This document shows, piece after piece, positions 1-9,591 of a DNA stretch of 50,856 bases (position 1 is the first letter of the stretch; each line of letters starts with the position of its first letter). Origin of the DNA: an uncultured Methanotrichaceae archaeon (lineage in GTDB: Archaea > Halobacteriota > Methanosarcinia > Methanotrichales > Methanotrichaceae); the NCBI GenBank assembly GCA_964418105.1, contig CAYQKI010000001.1:8892-59747 (forward strand). Direction: 5' to 3'. The notes beneath the pieces are model-generated. The model did not search any database. It was not told the origin of the DNA and saw nothing but the letters and a program-made list of their open reading frames with translations. The position numbers and the translations under genes were made by a program.

Positions 1-73
1 CTATTCCTGTAAGCCGCGTGCGGTAGCCTCGAAGGCCCGAAAGGTGCGGATAGAGAGCCAAGAATTGTGCAGT

Positions 74-322
74 CTACTTCAGCAGCAAGCACTGGTTTAC
101 ATGGCTTATCGTCTCCTCAAGACTTTCTCCCTGCTTGGTGGTCCGGTATATGGTGCGCTCTCCCACATCGGCCTCCAGCAGGTTATTCTGAATCAGCATC
201 TGAAGATAGGGATTTACCGTCCGGAAATTCAGGTTGGCCTGATAGACTATCCGGGTCTTGCTGGCTCCATTCAGACAAATCTTGAGAATCTTCGAAAGTA
301 TTTCATGTTTGCTTCTCTTCAT
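74..322 (-). CDS. Small winged helix-turn-helix transcriptional regulator (archaeal COG3432-like)
   Basis: 82 aa, MKRSKHEILSKIL..GASKTRIVYQANLNF..V.PYL..L..NNLL..YRTTKQG, a typical archaeal wHTH pattern. Confidence 0.8.
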   Translation of the reverse strand: MKRSKHEILSKILKICLNGASKTRIVYQANLNFRTVNPYLQMLIQNNLLEADVGERTIYRTTKQGESLEETISHVNQCLLLK

Positions 323-518
323 TGTAATGCTCCTGACAATAAGGTATTCACCTGATCGATTATATAGACGATTATGTTAAGATTTCAGGTCTTGATTAAC
401 AGATCTGACCAACACTATTTTCCATCCTTTAAGTACGTATCATTTATAACGGATGGAGAATAGTACTTATGTTATTCCGAAATTATTTCTTCTCTCATCA
501 CAACTGGTGTGAGTCCAG

Positions 519-547
519 TTATTATTATTATCATTATTATTATCATC
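519..547. repeat. AT-rich (TTA/TCA)n microsatellite in divergent intergenic region
   Basis: ttattattattatcattattattatcatc read directly. Confidence 0.6.
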
Positions 548-651
548 TCAGCAAGTTTATCAATCAATTGCTCTAACGATAGAACTCATGCAAGCCTGAA
601 TTTTTGATGTCTGCAAAGGGTTTTAGTAAGCGAACTGACTACATTGGATTC

Positions 652-1773
652 ATGAAAGAGAAGTGGCTCATGGCCCAGGGGGCGTGGGATCAGATCAAGC
701 CCAGGATCACCACCGCCCTTGAGTCGGGCTTCGACTGTGTGCTGGTGGACAGGGAGAACATCGACCGCGTGCGCGAGCTGGGCAAGATCCTTGTGGCCTG
801 CTTTGGCAGCGAAAGGGGAGCTGAGGACATCACAGTCATCGGCAAGGGCGGCGAAGGCGACGGCACACTCCCCCTCCCCGGTTCCGGCAAAGCGAGCAAG
901 GACAAAGCCCTGGCGGAGTCAGTCTCCGGGAGCACTGCAGCCTACGTGGTGATAGCCGGCAAAAGCTACGAGCAGTTTGCTGTGGAGATGGGAAGGTCCG
1001 CAAAATACCTTCTCGTGATCGGCACCGACTGGAAGGTCATCCCCCTGGAGAATATGATTGCCGGGCTGCAGGGTGTATCGGTCAAGATCATCAGCGGCGT
1101 CAAGACGGCAGAGGAGGCCTGCCTGGCCCTCTCCACTCTGGAGAAGGGGGCGGACGGTGTGCTGCTGGACAGCGCCGATCCCTCTGAGATCAAGAGGCTC
1201 ATGGAGGCGGTCGATCAGGCCGGGAAGGGCAAAATCGAGCTTGTGAAGGCCAAAGTAGTGGCGGTAAAGCCGGTGGGAATGGGCGACCGGGTCTGCGTGG
1301 ACACAGCCAGCATGATGTCATTTGGAGAGGGAATGCTCATAGGATCGCAGGCCAGGGGCCTGTTCCTGGTGCACAGCGAGTCCGAGGACAGCCCCTACGT
1401 GGCTGCCCGGCCCTTCCGGGTCAATGCCGGAGCGGTGCACGCCTACATCAAAGTCGGGGAGAAGACCCGCTACCTCTCCGAGCTGAAGTCGGGCGACGAG
1501 GTCACCATCGTCGGCAAGGACGGCATGGCAAGAAGCGCCATTGTGGGCAGGTCCAAGATAGAAAAGAGGCCCATGATGCTCATCGAGGCCGAGGCGGAGG
1601 GGCAGCGCATCAGCACTCTGCTGCAGAACGCCGAGACCATCAAACTGGTGGGCTCCGACGGCCAGCCCCGTCCAGTGACCGACCTGAAGGCGGGAGATGA
1701 GGTGCTGGTAGACCTGGAGAAGAGCGCCCGGCACTTCGGAATGAAGATCGAGGAGAGCATTGTGGAGAAATAG
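652..1773 (+). CDS. aroB': 3-dehydroquinate synthase II (archaeal)
   Basis: DWKVIPLENMIA, GDRVCVDT, HSE..SPYVAARPFRVNAGAVHAY, LQNAETI and ARHFGM motifs; ATG 652 preferred over TTG 604. Confidence 0.95.
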   Translation: MKEKWLMAQGAWDQIKPRITTALESGFDCVLVDRENIDRVRELGKILVACFGSERGAEDITVIGKGGEGDGTLPLPGSGKASKDKALAESVSGSTAAYVVIAGKSYEQFAVEMGRSAKYLLVIGTDWKVIPLENMIAGLQGVSVKIISGVKTAEEACLALSTLEKGADGVLLDSADPSEIKRLMEAVDQAGKGKIELVKAKVVAVKPVGMGDRVCVDTASMMSFGEGMLIGSQARGLFLVHSESEDSPYVAARPFRVNAGAVHAYIKVGEKTRYLSELKSGDEVTIVGKDGMARSAIVGRSKIEKRPMMLIEAEAEGQRISTLLQNAETIKLVGSDGQPRPVTDLKAGDEVLVDLEKSARHFGMKIEESIVEK

Positions 1774-1816
1774 CATCAATTATGAGGCTCAAGTGGCTGC
1801 TCCAATAGCTGCTCCA

Positions 1817-2485
1817 ATGGCTGCAGCATATTTCAGGCCGCAGATCGTCGCCGTCCTGGGAAGGAACTGGAAAAGGGACGTCCTGGCGGCAGGCCAGGCG
1901 GATATGATTGAGCTTCGCCTGGATTTAATTGAAGAGGCCGATCCCCTCCAGGCCTTGCAGGCTGTCAGGGAGGCCTGCAAAGCCCGGCCCATCATTGCCA
2001 CGGCCCGGATCAGAACGGAAGGCGGCGGCTTTTCAGGAAGTGAGCCGGAGAGGATTGGCCTGTTGCTCCGGGCAGAGCCGCACTGCGACTATCTGGACAT
2101 TGAGCTGATGGCTCCGGGAAGAGATGAATTGCTGGCAGCAGCGAAGAGGCCGGCCATAGTCTCTTATCACGACTTTCAGGGCATGCCTGACCCAGAGAGG
2201 ATGGATGAGATCTTCTCCGCCATGAAAAAGGCCGGCGCAGCCATCTCCAAGATCGCGATGACGCCTCAGAGCCTCCAGGACAACATAAAGGTATTGCAGT
2301 TCTTGCAGGACGCTGACACCCCCCTATGCATGATAGCCATGGGAACTATTGGTCGGCATCTTCGCGCAGTGGCCCCTCTGTACGGCTCAGCACTGACATA
2401 TGGCTATATCACAGACAGCACGGCTCCCGGCCAGATGAGCCTGCATGATCTATGCCTGGCCAGGGATTTGCTCGAAAAATATTAA
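1817..2485 (+). CDS. aroD: Type I 3-dehydroquinate dehydratase
   Basis: ELRLD, R..EGG, DIEL, VSYHDF, KIA, IAMG..G...R and TAPGQ motifs; follows aroB'; start uncertain (1760-1817). Confidence 0.92.
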   Translation: MAAAYFRPQIVAVLGRNWKRDVLAAGQADMIELRLDLIEEADPLQALQAVREACKARPIIATARIRTEGGGFSGSEPERIGLLLRAEPHCDYLDIELMAPGRDELLAAAKRPAIVSYHDFQGMPDPERMDEIFSAMKKAGAAISKIAMTPQSLQDNIKVLQFLQDADTPLCMIAMGTIGRHLRAVAPLYGSALTYGYITDSTAPGQMSLHDLCLARDLLEKY

Positions 2486-2544
2486 TACCCTCGTCCACAG
2501 TATTCTGGGTAATATTTAATAACTCTTATTACAGTTCAGTAACT

Positions 2545-3891
2545 ATGCACCTGACTGTGGATGTTGGAGGGAGGCCCGGTCTAGATTGCAGGGGCTTTTG
2601 CGAGTTTTGCTATTTTAAGGGCGTAAATAAGGTAAAGCCTTCCGGATGCAGATTGTGCAAACCCTACAAAAAAGGCTGCGATTACTGCGCAAGGCAGGTG
2701 GTTGAGATTGAGCCGGGCTACAAGCCCATGGAGCAACTTGTCTTCGAGGTGTCGCAGAAGAGCGTCTCCTGCAGCCCGGATATGATAATAATCAAGGGAA
2801 ACGGGGACATAAGCTGCTACCCCAACCTGGCAGAGCTGGTGGAGAGGGTGAGCGGCGGCAGCATACCCGTCTTCCTGGACTATACCAGCGGCAAGGGGTT
2901 CACAGGGAAGGATGATGCCGACCGGCTCCTCGATGCCGGGGTGCGCAGGATAAGCTTCTCCATCTTCTCGACCAATCCCGTTCTGCGCCGCCGCTATGTC
3001 AATGACAGGCATCCGGAGATGGTGCTTAAAAACTTCGAAACATTCTGCAAGAGCTGTGAGGTCTATGCCATGATCGTCCTCATACCGGGCATAAATGATG
3101 GGGCGGAGCTGGAAAAAACCTGCCGCGACATTGAGGAGATGGGGGCCAGGGGCTTGATGCTCATGTCCTTTGCCAACTCTCGAGAGCAGGGCCTCATCTT
3201 CGGAAACGAACCCGTAATGCCGTCAGTTGTGCCCTACGATGTGCAGGACATCCGCCGCATCTCCACCGAAATTTCTCAGAGATACAGCATGAGGGTCATA
3301 GGTACCCCCCTCTGGGACCCTCTCACAAAAGCTCCCTTCGCCCTGGCTCACCGTAAAGGGCATTTGAAGCGTCTTCCCGTGATAGAGAGAGGCGCGACCA
3401 TCATCACCAGCTCAGTGGCCTATCCTCTGCTGTCATCGATATTCCAGGAACTGGGCGGAGAAGTCAATGTCGTGGCAGTCAAGAAGGAGATCGGAAGCCT
3501 GATCACCCTGGAGGACTTCATGGGCCTGAAGCTGTCAAATATCAAAGACAGGGTGATAATTCCGGGCATGGCGCTCGCTCATGATAGGGATATTCACAGC
3601 GCACTATGCCGGGACGGCAGGAGCAGGCTGGCATTTCGGGGGCCGGATGAGCTGACGGTCGTCTCGGAGAGGAGCATCTATATGACGGCACAGGAGGTGC
3701 TGGACACGGAGGTCGAGGCCTTCACCGGCCTGATTGAGATGATCAATAACCTGGGATCTGAGATTTGCGACATCTCTGCTGCCAAAAGTCATGCCCAGAG
3801 GGACAACAGCCGCGGCAGTGTCGCATCCGTTATGGGCCGGCAGGGTGGGGATCAGCCGAGACCGGAGAAGAGAATAGAGCTGGAGGTATGA
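2545..3891 (+). CDS. mmp10: Methanogenesis marker protein 10 family radical SAM enzyme (Mmp10, MCR arginine C-methyltransferase-like)
   Basis: N-terminus VDVGGRPGLDCRGFCEFCYF (CX3CX2C plus Tyr), second Cys cluster CRLCKPYKKGCDYC, GDISCYP, YTSGKG, GTPLWDP. Confidence 0.88.
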   Translation: MHLTVDVGGRPGLDCRGFCEFCYFKGVNKVKPSGCRLCKPYKKGCDYCARQVVEIEPGYKPMEQLVFEVSQKSVSCSPDMIIIKGNGDISCYPNLAELVERVSGGSIPVFLDYTSGKGFTGKDDADRLLDAGVRRISFSIFSTNPVLRRRYVNDRHPEMVLKNFETFCKSCEVYAMIVLIPGINDGAELEKTCRDIEEMGARGLMLMSFANSREQGLIFGNEPVMPSVVPYDVQDIRRISTEISQRYSMRVIGTPLWDPLTKAPFALAHRKGHLKRLPVIERGATIITSSVAYPLLSSIFQELGGEVNVVAVKKEIGSLITLEDFMGLKLSNIKDRVIIPGMALAHDRDIHSALCRDGRSRLAFRGPDELTVVSERSIYMTAQEVLDTEVEAFTGLIEMINNLGSEICDISAAKSHAQRDNSRGSVASVMGRQGGDQPRPEKRIELEV

Positions 3892-3961
3892 ATCCCAGGC
3901 AGTCAGTTCAGTCCAATACTTTTATCATCTACCCTGCAACAGTCGCAGCCAGGATGATCAT

Positions 3962-4297
3962 ATGAGCGAATACAGAGAGCTGGTGATAACCAAAGAAGAC
4001 TACCTGCAGTTTCTGGCTTCACGCCTGCGCCTGCAGGGCTCCTGCCAGCGGGAGATTGAGAGTGTGAGTTTTCCCTTCCTCTTTGCTTCAGGAAGCGAGC
4101 TTCTCAGGACCTACATCCTGGGGACATCCGAGTTCACATCCACTCTGTCGGACAGGTACAGGCTGCCGGACAGAGGCTTCATATGGTATCTGTTTTCCCA
4201 GGCGGTCAGGGAGATTGAGGTTATGCCTGAGAAGCTGACCATAAAGTACGAGCTGCAGGACGAGTACAGAAAGCCCTTCAAGCAATTTTACATGTGA
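3962..4297 (+). CDS. Hypothetical protein (111 aa)
   Basis: ATG preceded by aggatga; codon usage like neighbouring genes; no motif recognised. Confidence 0.75.
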   Translation: MSEYRELVITKEDYLQFLASRLRLQGSCQREIESVSFPFLFASGSELLRTYILGTSEFTSTLSDRYRLPDRGFIWYLFSQAVREIEVMPEKLTIKYELQDEYRKPFKQFYM

Positions 4298-4518
4298 GCG
4301 GAAAAGAAGGGTCCGAAATCAGACCCAAAGTCATTTGGCTCCTGGATTGATCTGTAATTGCTGTCGTTTCCTGATGCAGAGACTGTGATGTAGGCCAGGC
4401 TGTCTTCCGCAATTGAGGGCATTGCCTGGGCGGCTGGCACCAGGATGGCGAGCATTAGAAGTGCCCGGAGGGCTGACAGCCATGCCGGCGCCGGGGATAT
4501 TTGGTATTTTGCCATCAT
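4288..4518 (-). pseudogene. Truncated secreted-protein remnant (signal peptide plus start of a NosD/CASH/pectin-lyase-like protein)
   Basis: Signal peptide ending AAQA-, then ITVSASGNDSNYRSIQE resembling the ITV..G..Y.SIQ.AI start of beta-helix proteins, then an early stop; ATGA overlap with the upstream gene. Confidence 0.45.
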
Positions 4519-5777
4519 TCTCCTCTTTCACCATCTCTTCCTCTCGCTGCCGCCCACCAGGAACCTGTCAGCCGCCCCTCCAGCGCCAGCCTTCCCAGGC
4601 AGGCCTGCACTTTATGGGAAAGGGGGGCCTGCGGCATCTCGGCCAGGGGGGTTCCCGGCAGGGGCGTAAAGAGGTGCGCCCGGACCCTCCCTCCCACGCT
4701 CTGGCCGGTTATCCAGCGGGCCAGGTCGATCGTCTGGAGCTGCTCCTCCTCCGACTCGCCGGGCAGTCCGAAGATGAGGTCCACCTGGGGGGCCAGGCCG
4801 AAGTCGCGGCACAGCTCGCAGGCTGATTCGATCTCCTCTCTGCCGTGCCCCCTGCCAATGCGCTTTAGCACGGCGGGGCTTCCCGACTGGCCGCCCAGGC
4901 TCAGGCTGTCGTTGGCGCAGTACCTGGTGATGATCTGCAAAGCTTCTTCAGTCACAAACTCCGGCCGCACCTCGGAGGGGAATGTGCCGAAGTAGATGGG
5001 CTTGTCCTGCTGGGAGAGGGCTCTGAGAAGCGCCTCGACCTTCTCCAGCCTGGGCTGCCTGCCGTCCGAGCCGTAGGCCAGGGAGTTGGGAGAGGTGAAA
5101 CGGATGTCCCTGTGGCGGCGGGCGAATCTTTCGATCACTGAAATGGACCTGTGGCGCATGCAGGAGCCGAAGAGGCGGGGGGTAGCGCAGTAGAGGCAGC
5201 CCCAGGGGCAGCCGCGGCTGATCTCCAGTGGGGCCAGGATGCTGCTGAAGGGCGGGAATCTGTCCAGGTCCACGGGAGGCCTCTTCCCGGTTATCACAAT
5301 TTCTTCCTGCTGCCCTTCCACCTGCCCCTGCACCTGCCGCCGGAAGGCTATGCCCCGAACGAGAGCCGGATCGCCGCCCTCTTCGATTGCCCGGAGCAGC
5401 TCCGGAAGCGTCTCCTCCCCTTCGCCGATGACGGCAAAGTCGAAGTGCTGCAGGACCTCTTGGGGCAGGGCGGAGGCGTGCGGGCCTCCGGCTATGTAGA
5501 TGGCCTGGATGGCTCCGCCGGCGCGGGCCCGGTCCACCTCGGCGTAGACCTCATCTGCCTGAGCGGTGGCAAAGCTGTAGAGCATGATGCCGTCCTGGGG
5601 GCCGGGGGCGAGATCGGCCTCAACCAGGGGCAGCAGGGCAGCGATGCTGTAGGAGTTCTTGCTGCTGTAGCGAAACCACACCCTCGGGGGGGTTGACTGG
5701 TTGGATTGGATGGGGAGAGCAGCCACGCAGATAGTTATGAAAGAGAAACGATTAAAGGATTTTGATCTCTTTGCCAT
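4515..5777 (-). CDS. B12-binding domain/radical SAM protein (TIGR04013-like)
   Basis: NSYSIAAL, GGPHAS, IGEGEE (B12-binding domain), EISRGCPWGCLYC (CX3CX2C), GTFPSEVRPE, FTPLPGTP; start uncertain. Confidence 0.9.
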   Translation of the reverse strand: MAKRSKSFNRFSFITICVAALPIQSNQSTPPRVWFRYSSKNSYSIAALLPLVEADLAPGPQDGIMLYSFATAQADEVYAEVDRARAGGAIQAIYIAGGPHASALPQEVLQHFDFAVIGEGEETLPELLRAIEEGGDPALVRGIAFRRQVQGQVEGQQEEIVITGKRPPVDLDRFPPFSSILAPLEISRGCPWGCLYCATPRLFGSCMRHRSISVIERFARRHRDIRFTSPNSLAYGSDGRQPRLEKVEALLRALSQQDKPIYFGTFPSEVRPEFVTEEALQIITRYCANDSLSLGGQSGSPAVLKRIGRGHGREEIESACELCRDFGLAPQVDLIFGLPGESEEEQLQTIDLARWITGQSVGGRVRAHLFTPLPGTPLAEMPQAPLSHKVQACLGRLALEGRLTGSWWAAARGRDGERGE

Positions 5778-5895
5778 TCGGACTTTCGAGTCCGTCGATT
5801 CTACGCTATAAAATTTTCAAACGCGAGATGCAGGCATTTTTAGGACTAGCTCGGTGACATCTGCCATTAATGCATGAATATGGTGGACGTCTTGG

Positions 5896-7242
5896 CTATT
5901 TATTTTCTTTGGACGATTTCTCTTTTGTTTGACTTTCAGTTTTTTGCTCGTCTATTGGTTCATTTTCTTCTTTATTTTGCAGATTTTCTGGTTTAATTTT
6001 TAACAAGTCAATGAAATACCTTTCTGAAAAGCCTGATAAAAAGGCAGCTAGCACTAATGGGCCCAGAGAGTCGATTGAAACGCCGGATAATAGATTCCAT
6101 GAAAGAAGTACAAAGGAAATCAATCCTGCAAATCCTCCGAATATCAGCCTGAGATGTGATAAGAGCACACTTTCTTCATATAATGCAAGACTTGTTCTTG
6201 AACTTCGAGTCTGGATTAGGCCACTTAAATAGCCACCAATTCCGCCCATTATAGCAATACCAAGCGAGGCCAGCCAGACAATGATCGCTTGCATCCAGTG
6301 CAATAAAAAATTACCTATATGCCAAATTGGGATATAATGGCTGCCTATGACTTTATTTGCCATACTCCAATCATATAAATGCCAACCTCCTATCGTCCAA
6401 TTGCCTAATGCTTGCTTTCCTGTGGTACCCATTGTGTCGTAAATTGTGGAATTACCATGCAGCGACCATGTAGTGAATACATCTAAATTAATTATTAGAG
6501 GAACCATTAAAAAGAAAACCACGAGGGATAGCTTTCCCCATTTTACAAAGTGCACTAACCGTTCGATCTGTAATCCGATGTTGATCATTTCATCTAAATT
6601 ATTCTTGTTGCATAGCCAAATAATTTCATCGAAAACAGGCTGATAAATATATTTTTCCTCTGTCTTATCAGGTAAGTCTTTTAATTTTTGTATATATATT
6701 TTTTTCTTGTTATCATTAAAATTCTTTGTCTCTTCAATTCGAGCAATTAAAGATTCTTTTTGTGCAGCAGCCACGTCATTTGGATAGATCCAAATCATAC
6801 ATTCCTCGGCCAAATCCAAAATATTTGTCGCAAGAAGCAGATCCTGCTTGCCTAAGTAATTATATTTATTTATTTTGTCTGAGCTTGAGCTTAATCCTTT
6901 TTCTAAAAGTTCTCTTGCATATGATAAGAGACAGACTAATTGTACAGCAGTGGCTCGTATACATTCTATATCTTTTTTATCCCCGTGTAGATAGTCGGGA
7001 TATAATGTTTTAAAATCAGTTTCAATTTCAGAATAACGTGCGCGAAGCTTAGTCGCCAGATAGTCTTTATAATTTGTGTGATGGATAAACTTTACATTAG
7101 CATCCAACCATTTTGGTTTTGGCCAGTTTATTGGGTCCATAGGCCAGACATCTGAATCAACGGTCACGGCAGGATCTTGATATTTTTTTGTGTCTGAAGG
7201 GCCATCATTATGATCGCATGAGGCACTTGTCTCCTTAGGCAT
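5896..7242 (-). CDS. AT-rich multi-pass membrane protein of unknown function
   Basis: 448-aa ORF with soluble N-half and C-terminal TM segments (GGIGGYLSGL..RLIFGGFAGL..AAFLSGFSER); visibly much more AT-rich than its flanks. Confidence 0.75.
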   Translation of the reverse strand: MPKETSASCDHNDGPSDTKKYQDPAVTVDSDVWPMDPINWPKPKWLDANVKFIHHTNYKDYLATKLRARYSEIETDFKTLYPDYLHGDKKDIECIRATAVQLVCLLSYARELLEKGLSSSSDKINKYNYLGKQDLLLATNILDLAEECMIWIYPNDVAAAQKESLIARIEETKNFNDNKKKIYIQKLKDLPDKTEEKYIYQPVFDEIIWLCNKNNLDEMINIGLQIERLVHFVKWGKLSLVVFFLMVPLIINLDVFTTWSLHGNSTIYDTMGTTGKQALGNWTIGGWHLYDWSMANKVIGSHYIPIWHIGNFLLHWMQAIIVWLASLGIAIMGGIGGYLSGLIQTRSSRTSLALYEESVLLSHLRLIFGGFAGLISFVLLSWNLLSGVSIDSLGPLVLAAFLSGFSERYFIDLLKIKPENLQNKEENEPIDEQKTESQTKEKSSKENK

Positions 7243-7471
7243 GTTCTCTATTTCCCATAATTTTTAACTATTAATTAGGATCTTTTATGTATTTAAAGGA
7301 GATGTCGAAGACGCATATTTCAACATACAAGCCTCTTGAAAAAAAGATGGAATATATATAGCAATTAAACCGCAGAAAATCGCAGAGACGTTCTTTATTT
7401 TCCAGGGTTGACTTGACATCTGCCAGGCGCCAAAAGTTGTTATATTCCCATCACAGATTCAGCCCGAATTA

Positions 7472-7785
7472 ATGAATATGGTTCATGCCACTGCGTCTAT
7501 TGCGGCTGAAGCTGCGGGCTGTTTCTGCATGTGGACGGCGGCCGGATCGTGGAGACTTCGCTCTCCCCCGTTCGTCCTATGTCCAGGGGCAGCCTCTGCA
7601 TCAAGGGCTGGCTGGCAGTAGAGTTCTCATGAAGCTGGTGCGAGCAGCTCTCGGTACCAACAACGCCAATCATGTGGCAGGCTCTGCCGCCCCCCACGGT
7701 TGCCGGCCTGGGCCATGCCCTGGGCAGCGGTGCCATGACCGTTGCCATGATCAGCTCCATCTCCTGCCTGGAGCAGTCAAAGCTT
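7472..7785 (+). pseudogene. fdhA: Degraded formate dehydrogenase alpha subunit (molybdopterin oxidoreductase) N-terminal remnant
   Basis: Across frameshifts reads MNMVHA/CVYCG*SCGLFLHVDGGRIVETS..RGSLCIKGW, then LMKLVRAALGTNNANH, a broken CxRLC, and PTVAGLGHALGSGAMT..SISCLEQS. Confidence 0.8.
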
Positions 7786-7867
7786 TGCAGCAGCCATCGC
7801 AATCTACTAATAGCTGCTACAATATTGATAATGGTAAATCATTCAGATTATATCCGCCGGGGTGTTC

Positions 7868-8263
7868 ATGACTATACTCCCTTCCCAAGAAGAAAGTCAA
7901 ACAGGCTATCCCGAACTGAGCAGATCCGATGCCCTCGCCGTGCGCCGTACGGTCATGGCCGCCGAGAGTTCGCTGAGGGGCTGGATGGGCACCGGAGTAA
8001 CACTGATCGGTTTTGGCTTTACCATCTTCGAGTTTCTTAAAACGGTCCGTTCCGGACAACTGGGTGAAAACGAACCTCTTGAGGTGGGCATTCTCCTGAT
8101 GGGCATAGGCATGTTTTCCATAATCTTTGGGTCCATTGAGTACTGGTCGACCATGCGCGAACTTCATCAGGAATATGGGGTGCGGTTCGTGAAGGTTTAT
8201 CTGATTGCAGCTCTCCTGTTTGTAGGAATAGGTGTCGTCTTGATTTTAAGAATCACCTTTTGA
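7868..8263 (+). CDS. DUF202/YidH-family inner membrane protein
   Basis: LAVRRTVMAAE..L.GWMGTG.TLIGFGF.I and three TM segments. Confidence 0.8.
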   Translation: MTILPSQEESQTGYPELSRSDALAVRRTVMAAESSLRGWMGTGVTLIGFGFTIFEFLKTVRSGQLGENEPLEVGILLMGIGMFSIIFGSIEYWSTMRELHQEYGVRFVKVYLIAALLFVGIGVVLILRITF

Positions 8264-8280
8264 TTTGAAGGGACTGTCCG

Positions 8281-9039
8281 ATGTTTCAAAAAATCACTGA
8301 AAATGCAGGGACCTTGCTTAGCGTGATCATATTCGCGTGCATTTTCTTTGCCGGCCTTCGCTGGCGGGTCATCTACGAGAAGCAGAAAGGATACCGGCGT
8401 ATCGCCTCTTTCAGCGCGGGCATCGCCATTGCTTATGTTTTCATGAATTTCCTGCCGGAGCTTGGTGCCGCCAGCGCATTATTTTTGGAATATGCAGATG
8501 ACCTCTCCATTCCCTTCCCTCAGCACCAGGTCTACGGTGCCTCATTGCTGGGATTTGTCCTCTTTTACGGCATTGAATATATCGCCAACTGGGCGCCCGA
8601 AAGTAGCCAAAAAGGGCTGGTGGAGGACCCGACAGAGAAGATTCGGTTCGCCGCTACCATCGCATCGTACTCATTGTATGCAGGGCTGATCTGCTACCTC
8701 CTGGTGAGAAGCCTTGAAAGCGGATACAAAAATGAGGTATTTTATACTGTGGCCATGGCCCTGCACTTTCTCTCTCTGCGGTATTCCCTCTGGAACGAAT
8801 ACGGCGAATTGTTCGGGCGGCTGGGAAAGAATATTCTGGGCCTGGCCTGTCTCGTCGGGTGGACGGTTGCCATATTTCTCCCCCTGCCCGTAACGGCTGT
8901 AATTATGCTTCTCGGATTTGTGTCCGGCGGGATCATAATGAGCACAATGATTGCCGAGCTTCCCAGGGAGAAAGAGGGGCGCTTCACCTACTTCTTTATG
9001 GGAGCAGTCTTTTATGCAGGGCTCCTGGTATCAATCTGA
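8281..9039 (+). CDS. Multi-pass membrane protein, ZIP-transporter-like
   Basis: SFSAGIAIAYVF..LPEL, AMALHF and ELP motifs; about 7 TM segments. Confidence 0.65.
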   Translation: MFQKITENAGTLLSVIIFACIFFAGLRWRVIYEKQKGYRRIASFSAGIAIAYVFMNFLPELGAASALFLEYADDLSIPFPQHQVYGASLLGFVLFYGIEYIANWAPESSQKGLVEDPTEKIRFAATIASYSLYAGLICYLLVRSLESGYKNEVFYTVAMALHFLSLRYSLWNEYGELFGRLGKNILGLACLVGWTVAIFLPLPVTAVIMLLGFVSGGIIMSTMIAELPREKEGRFTYFFMGAVFYAGLLVSI

Positions 9040-9060
9040 TCAAAAGAGGAGGAAGAGTTC

Positions 9061-9453
9061 ATGTCATTGCCGGGTACAATCGCCGAAGGGATTATAGAAC
9101 GTGTCGCCGGGCCGATGGGTCTTCGATTTGTATTTCAGCCGCTGATAGGACTGCTGCTGGGAGTACGCGATGGATATGAGGACGCAAAAAAGGGTGAGCC
9201 GCCTTTCATCTTCGACATAATTGCCGACAGGGAGGGACGCAGAGAGAAGCTGGCCAGCCTCTTTGCATCCCTGTCCAGGACTATCACCGTGGCAGTCCTG
9301 CTCGACATAATCGCTCAGCACATCATATTCGATCAGGTCCGCATCACCTCGGCAATTCTGATTGCCGTAATAATCCTGACGGTACCCTACTCGCTGGCCA
9401 GAGCTGTTACCAATAGGATAGTCACAAAAAGAAATTCACAAAAACTTCTCTAA
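9061..9453 (+). CDS. Hypothetical membrane protein
   Basis: SD gaggagg; GPMGLRFVFQP..G.RDG..DAK.G.PPF; hydrophobic C-half. Confidence 0.75.
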   Translation: MSLPGTIAEGIIERVAGPMGLRFVFQPLIGLLLGVRDGYEDAKKGEPPFIFDIIADREGRREKLASLFASLSRTITVAVLLDIIAQHIIFDQVRITSAILIAVIILTVPYSLARAVTNRIVTKRNSQKLL

Positions 9454-9591
9454 ATATCCATTCAACTGATCAGTCTATTTCGCTCAAACTATCGCAAAAT
9501 ATTTTGCAAAACAGCACTCCTGGGGCTTTGAGATAACTTCAAGTACGAAAGAATTTAATAGTAATAAATGATAATTTACATTTAAGGCATT

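Noticed and set aside
14-49. Small branched hairpin with a GAAA loop at the window start as an ncRNA or riboswitch
   Set aside because: Stems are short, no Rfam-like motif was recognised and the context is cut by the window edge
7507-7509. TGA inside CVYCG*SCG as selenocysteine
   Set aside because: It is not the FdhA Sec position, and the surrounding sequence has frameshifts and a large deletion, so ordinary decay explains it
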